Made by a program: the position numbers and the translations under genes. A DNA stretch of 64,000 bases from Dehalococcoidia bacterium (GTDB taxonomy: Bacteria > Chloroflexota > Dehalococcoidia > Bin125). The DNA lies in contig CAXXRD010000005.1 in the NCBI GenBank assembly GCA_963663895.2, positions 96,001 to 160,000 of the forward strand. The letters run 5' to 3'. This document shows positions 59,179 to 64,000 of this stretch, piece by piece (position 1 is the stretch's first letter; every line of letters starts with the position of its first letter). The notes beneath the pieces were generated by a model. The model made no database searches. It was not told where the DNA came from and was given only the letters and a program-made list of their open reading frames with translations.

Positions 59179-60282
59179 GTGAATCTACGGATTCCCGGAC
59201 CCACGCCATGCCCGCCCGATGTTCTCGACGCGGTGGGCGGGCAGATGATCAACCATCGCGGACCGGAGTTTGCGGCGCTGCTGGAGCGCTTGTCCAGCGG
59301 TCTTCAGCCGTTCTTCCAGACCCGGCAAGACGTGCTCCTGATGACCTGCAGCGGCACGGGCGGTATGGAGGCTGCGATCGTCAACACGCTTTCGCCGGGT
59401 GACCGCGTGCTGGCGATCTCCATCGGAGCGTTTGGTGATCGCTTCGCCGAGATCGCGAGACTATACGGCGCGGACGTGACCGTGCTGGAGGCTGAGTGGG
59501 GTCGGGCGGTGGAGATCGAGCAGGTACGCGACGCGCTGCGCGCGGGCTCGGATTACCGCGCCGTCCTCGTAACGCACAACGAAACCTCGACCGGAGTGAC
59601 CAACCCGCTCGAAGAGATCAGCAACGTTGTACACGCGGAGAGCGATGCTCTCCTACTGGTCGACGCCGTGTCGAGCTTGGGATCGATTCCGCTGGCAACG
59701 GACGCCTGGGGCGTCGATGTCGCCGTCACGGCGTCGCAGAAGGGGTGGTTGGTGCCGCCCGGCTTAGCAATGCTGGCGTTCAGTGACCGCGCCTGGGCGG
59801 CGTCCGAGCGCGCGACCATGCCGCGCTTTTATTTGGATGCACGCATGCATCGCGACTTCGCGGCTAAGGGACAGACGCCCACGACGCCTGTGCTGCCGGT
59901 GCTGTACGGCCTTGACGCGGCGCTCGCGCGCATGCGACAGGAGGGCCGGGACGCGATCTTCGAACGGCATGCCCGCGTTGCGGAGCACACCCGTAGGGGT
60001 GTGGAGGCGCTTGGCCTCACCCTGCTCGCCGCCGAAGCGGTGGCCTCCGACACGGTCACCGCAGTGCGCGTGCCCGAGGGCGTCGATGGGAAGGCCCTCT
60101 CCCGCGTTCTGCGCCAGGAGCGCGGGACCGTGATCGCGGGCGGTCAGGGCAAGCTGGCCGGTAAGATCTTCCGCATCGGACACCTCGGTTGGGTGGACGA
60201 ACCGGATATCGACCGGGCGCTCGATGCGCTGCGGGCAACGCTGCCAGAGGTGGGGAGCGAAGCAGCCGTCGCGCGCGCCTGA
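59179..60282 (+). CDS. Class V PLP aminotransferase (alanine-glyoxylate / alternative phosphoserine aminotransferase)
   Basis: PGPT, HRGPEF, SGTGGMEA, HNETSTG, DAVSS, SQKG and FRIGHLG; immediately upstream of serA. Confidence 0.9.
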   Translation: MNLRIPGPTPCPPDVLDAVGGQMINHRGPEFAALLERLSSGLQPFFQTRQDVLLMTCSGTGGMEAAIVNTLSPGDRVLAISIGAFGDRFAEIARLYGADVTVLEAEWGRAVEIEQVRDALRAGSDYRAVLVTHNETSTGVTNPLEEISNVVHAESDALLLVDAVSSLGSIPLATDAWGVDVAVTASQKGWLVPPGLAMLAFSDRAWAASERATMPRFYLDARMHRDFAAKGQTPTTPVLPVLYGLDAALARMRQEGRDAIFERHARVAEHTRRGVEALGLTLLAAEAVASDTVTAVRVPEGVDGKALSRVLRQERGTVIAGGQGKLAGKIFRIGHLGWVDEPDIDRALDALRATLPEVGSEAAVARA

Positions 60283-60284
60283 CC

Positions 60285-61877
60285 GTGAACGAGCGGATTC
60301 TCGTTAGCGATTCGATCGCGCAAGAAGGGATCGATCTGCTCGCGCGGACGGCGGCGGTGGACGTGCGGCTCGGGCTGAGCCCGGACGAGCTGCTGGCGGC
60401 GATCCCGGCGTACGACGCGTTGGTGGTGCGGAGCCAAACCGTGGTGACGGGCGACTTGATTCGCGCCGGCGAGCGGTTGCGGGTAGTGGCGCGCGCGGGA
60501 GTGGGGGTCGACAACATCGACGTGGCGGCGGCGACTGAGCGAGGAGTGGTGGTGGTTAATGCCCCTATGGGAAACACTGTCTCCACGGCCGAGCTGACGG
60601 TCGTGTTGTTGTTGGCGTTGGCGCGGCATATCCCCGCTGCCGACGCGAGTCTGCGGCAGGGAGAGTGGGATCGAAAGGCCTTTTTGGGCGTCGAGGTGCG
60701 GGGTAAGACCGTGGGGTTAGTGGGGCTTGGGCAGGTTGGATCGGCGGTGGCCCGGCGGCTGCGAGCGATGGAGATGCATGTGCTCGCCGTCGATCCCTAC
60801 GTCCCGGACGAACGGGCGCGCATGGTGGGCGTTGAGCTGGTGGAGTTGGATGATCTGCTGCGGCGGGCGGATTTCGTATCACTACATACCGTGCTCACCG
60901 ACGAAACGCGCCGGTTAATCGGCCGGGATCAGATCGCGCTGATGAAACCGGAGGCGCGGATCATCAATACCGCCCGGGGCGGCCTGATCGACGAGGAGGC
61001 ACTGCTTGAAGCGCTGGAGGCGGGAAAGCTGGCTGGCGCTGCCTTGGACGTGTTCGAGCAAGAGCCTCCCTCGGCCAAGGCACTCTTGGAGCATCCTCGC
61101 GTCGTGGTGACTCCGCACCTCGGCGCTTCGACGCTGGAGGCGCAAGAACAGGTCGCGTTGGACGTGGCGCGAGAGATCCGGCTGGTGCTCGACGGACATC
61201 CCGCAACTGCGGCTGTCAACGCGCCGTTCGTCGATCCGGAGACGCTGGAGGCGGTCGGGCCATATCTGGAGGTCGCACGGATGTGCGGCACCCTCGCAAC
61301 GCAGGTAGCCGTGGGCCAGTGGCGCTCGGTGCGGATTAGTTACGACGGCGAGATCGCGGAGCACGATGTCACCGCGCTCAAGGCGGCTGCGGTCGCCGGC
61401 TTACTGGAGACGATCAGTGAAGAGCGCGTGAACTTGGTTTCGGTGAACAACGTTATCGCGCACCGTGGCTGGCAGGTGACCGAAGAGAAGAATCCTGAGA
61501 GCGAGGAATACGCCAACCTGATCACGGTCCGGCTCATGACGTCGGGCGGCGAGGCAAGCGTCGCCGGGACGCTGGCGCATGGTGTGGGCCATATCGTCGA
61601 GGTCGACGGCGCGCATGTCGATGTGTCGCGCGACGACCATTCCGACGGCCATAGTCATATCTTGCTTCTCGAGAACGAGGACCGGCCTGGGCGAATTGGA
61701 GCGGTGGGGACGGAGCTTGGCGACATGGGTGTGAATATCTCGTCGATGGACGTTGGCCGTCAGGAGCGCGGGATGGCGTTGATGGTGCTGACGGTCGGCC
61801 GGGCGCTGACGCAGACGGAGGTTGATCGTATCGGTGCGATCCCCGGCATCGACCGGGTCGTACAGGCGCGGATCTGA
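60285..61877 (+). CDS. serA: D-3-phosphoglycerate dehydrogenase (with ASB and ACT domains)
   Basis: RAGVGVDNID, GLGQVG, INTARGG, TPHLGAST and DRPG ACT domain. Confidence 0.95.
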   Translation: MNERILVSDSIAQEGIDLLARTAAVDVRLGLSPDELLAAIPAYDALVVRSQTVVTGDLIRAGERLRVVARAGVGVDNIDVAAATERGVVVVNAPMGNTVSTAELTVVLLLALARHIPAADASLRQGEWDRKAFLGVEVRGKTVGLVGLGQVGSAVARRLRAMEMHVLAVDPYVPDERARMVGVELVELDDLLRRADFVSLHTVLTDETRRLIGRDQIALMKPEARIINTARGGLIDEEALLEALEAGKLAGAALDVFEQEPPSAKALLEHPRVVVTPHLGASTLEAQEQVALDVAREIRLVLDGHPATAAVNAPFVDPETLEAVGPYLEVARMCGTLATQVAVGQWRSVRISYDGEIAEHDVTALKAAAVAGLLETISEERVNLVSVNNVIAHRGWQVTEEKNPESEEYANLITVRLMTSGGEASVAGTLAHGVGHIVEVDGAHVDVSRDDHSDGHSHILLLENEDRPGRIGAVGTELGDMGVNISSMDVGRQERGMALMVLTVGRALTQTEVDRIGAIPGIDRVVQARI

Positions 61878-61896
61878 GGCGCGCGTCAATCAGGCG

Positions 61897-63180
61897 TCAG
61901 TCGAACGCGTAGAGCACCGCGCCGGTTGGAAGCTTCGGCTTGAAATAGGTGCTCTTCTGCGGCATCCGTTCGCCGCTGCGCGCTGTCGCGAAGATCTGCT
62001 CGAGCGGCGGCGGATTGAGCAAAAAGGCACAGCGCGCTTCGCCGTTGCGTACGGCTCTGAAGGCAGGCTCTGCCTCATGCGCGTAGGTCACGGCGCGCCC
62101 CGAATGGAGTACGAGGTCGTCGATACCGAAGATCGGATCGAGCAGAATGGAATGGAGCACCGCCACGGCCAGCTTGCTCCAGGATGCGGGGAGGGACTTG
62201 GGCAGGAGGCTGAGCGTTGCGTCGGTAGCGACCAGCAGGTGGCAGCGGCCGGGGTCGAGACCGACCGATCCGAACGCGATTTCCTGAGGTGCGACCTCGG
62301 TCATGGCACGCAGCAGGCGCTCCGGGCCGTCGCTCAGCGGCCCGAGGTCGCGCACCTCGAAGCGCGCGCGTGTCTCGCGCAAGGCATCGCTGGATCCGTC
62401 GATGTGGAGCAGGCGGTGGGTCGGACCAACGATGAGACCGGGGTCGCCCGCGCGCACGAATCCCATGAGGACGAAGTTCTCCGGCTCCTCCCCGGTCCAG
62501 TCGGCGGCCTCTGCCGCGGCGCGGTCGCGGTCGGCGAGAGCGGACTCGTAGCGGTGATGCCCATCGGCCATATAAACGGGTTCGTGGGCGAGGGCGGCGC
62601 GCAGCGCCTCCACGGCGTCCGGTTGGTCGATGACGCGTAGCCGGTGGTAGTCGCCATTGGGATCGGAGCCCGTTGCGACGGGTTCCTCCTGTAGCGCTTG
62701 GTCGAAGAGTGATCCGAGTTGGCGATCACGATCTGGGACGACTGCCAGAAGCGGCGAGAGATCTGCGCGTGCGGCGCGCCGTAGCGCCGTGCGAGTTTTC
62801 TTGGGGGTCGCCATGGTCCACTCGTGAGGGAGGACTATGCCCTCTGTCCAGGGCAGGATGCGCGCGCGTGCGAAAAGACAGAGGCGTGAGCGCTCACGGC
62901 CCTCGTGAACGAAGCGCTGTTCGAGCAAGTAGTAGGCCGGACGCTGCTCGCGTTCGAGCACCCGAGCGGCGCGCCAGTGGCGCAGCGTCTCCGCCGCCTT
63001 TGCGATCCCCGCATTCGTGCTGGCGGTTTCGATATGCGTGATCTGGTAGGGACTGTGCGAGATCAGGTCACGCCGCTGAGCGTCGTCGACGACATCGTAA
63101 GGCGGCGCGAGGACCGATCCCCAGTCGCCGACCCGGGCGAGGTTGTAGCGCAGGCCGGTGAAGGGCTGGAGGTCGGCCAT
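61897..63180 (-). CDS. DUF1015 family protein
   Basis: PF.GLRY, APPYDVV, VLPHE.T, ADGHHRYE and MPQKSTYF.PK. Confidence 0.92.
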   Translation of the reverse strand: MADLQPFTGLRYNLARVGDWGSVLAPPYDVVDDAQRRDLISHSPYQITHIETASTNAGIAKAAETLRHWRAARVLEREQRPAYYLLEQRFVHEGRERSRLCLFARARILPWTEGIVLPHEWTMATPKKTRTALRRAARADLSPLLAVVPDRDRQLGSLFDQALQEEPVATGSDPNGDYHRLRVIDQPDAVEALRAALAHEPVYMADGHHRYESALADRDRAAAEAADWTGEEPENFVLMGFVRAGDPGLIVGPTHRLLHIDGSSDALRETRARFEVRDLGPLSDGPERLLRAMTEVAPQEIAFGSVGLDPGRCHLLVATDATLSLLPKSLPASWSKLAVAVLHSILLDPIFGIDDLVLHSGRAVTYAHEAEPAFRAVRNGEARCAFLLNPPPLEQIFATARSGERMPQKSTYFKPKLPTGAVLYAFD

Positions 63181-63259
63181 CGCTTGCATGATAGAGCGCC
63201 GTAGACTGATAAGGCCCGTAGGTGCGGGCCCGTGCTGTGACTGGCATTCCGGATGGACG

Positions 63260-63922
63260 ATGACGACTCACGCCAACTGCGTCTTCTGTGCGATCGTGGA
63301 AGGACGGGAGCCTGCCAAGATCCGTTATCAGGACGCCGACGTGGTCGTCTTCGATAACGTGCTCAACTGGACGCCCGTCATGATGCTGGCGGTGCCCAGA
63401 ATGCATCGAACCCAGAGCGAACTCTGGTCCGATCTCGGTCCGGTGGGGCGAGCTGCGCTGGCGATGGGGCAAGCGCACGCCCCCGATGGCTTTCGTTTAC
63501 TGTCCAATTTCGGCGCACCGGCCATGCAAAGCCAGTCCCACGGCCACATCCACATCTTGGACCGGACGGAGGCCCAGCTGGAGGCCCGGGGTCAGGACGG
63601 TCGTTCGATCGTCGATATCGTGCGCGCCGCCGGCGATCAGGAGCTGTCGCGGACCGGCCACGCGATTTTCTATGATGCGCGCCCGGTGATTCCGGAGGCG
63701 CCGGTCACGGTGCTGTCGGTGCCCACGGGCCCGGAGCAGCGCCAAGCCGAGTTCTGGCAAGACATCCGTGCGTTCGGGGCGGACGTGGTCGATGTGGGTT
63801 GGGAGCTCAGCGAGAAAGGCTTTCGCTTACTCTCAAACTTCCCCGGAGATGCCGTGCAGCCGGACGGCGAGAAGGCGCACGTCCACCTGTTGGGCGGCAC
63901 GTTTCTGGGCGAGTATGCCTGA
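63260..63922 (+). CDS. Tandem HIT-domain protein
   Basis: CVFC zinc motif; two repeats of GFRLLSNF, ending HGHIH and KAHVH respectively. Confidence 0.85.
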   Translation: MTTHANCVFCAIVEGREPAKIRYQDADVVVFDNVLNWTPVMMLAVPRMHRTQSELWSDLGPVGRAALAMGQAHAPDGFRLLSNFGAPAMQSQSHGHIHILDRTEAQLEARGQDGRSIVDIVRAAGDQELSRTGHAIFYDARPVIPEAPVTVLSVPTGPEQRQAEFWQDIRAFGADVVDVGWELSEKGFRLLSNFPGDAVQPDGEKAHVHLLGGTFLGEYA

Positions 63923-64000
63923 GCGGGGTGCGGCGCGCTAAGCGCTGCCCACCCTAGCAAGCGTCTCGAATTGAGCTTGGAAGAGCGTGTCGAGGCCCGC

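Noticed and set aside
63954-64000. Probable 3' end of a minus-strand gene at the window edge
   Set aside because: Too short to identify.

Overview
This is a high-GC bacterial window. The gene content suggests Chloroflexota/Dehalococcoidia (SAR202- or Tepidiforma-like); that assignment is inference from the LLM/F420 oxidoreductase, DinB and VOC genes and the surface-protein style. Order of contents: (1) a Pho regulon (phoB-phoR-pstCAB-phoU, no pstS) with two 11-bp-period TTAACC Pho-box-like repeats; (2) a flavin/heme catabolic operon and tRNA-Gly; (3) accessory redox genes; (4) a three-gene Type III-like restriction-modification locus (MTase with C-terminal extension, helicase-only Res, free TnsA-like nuclease); (5) nfuA plus a B12/radical-SAM gene that reads through an in-frame UGA with a SECIS-like hairpin (CUAEP-tail selenoprotein), converging on an ATP-grasp ligase that is divergent from copA; (6) glpD and a tRNA(CAT) followed by a serine-recombinase remnant and an island of secreted peptidases, a thioester-less alpha-2-macroglobulin and a single-chain Type IIG/ISP-like RM enzyme; (7) ppk2, rarA, mutS2, an AmmeMemo B-A fusion, selA, serine biosynthesis genes with DUF1015, and a tandem HIT protein. 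Many single-base homopolymer frameshifts cluster at about 2.5-10.5 kb and are most likely sequencing or assembly errors.
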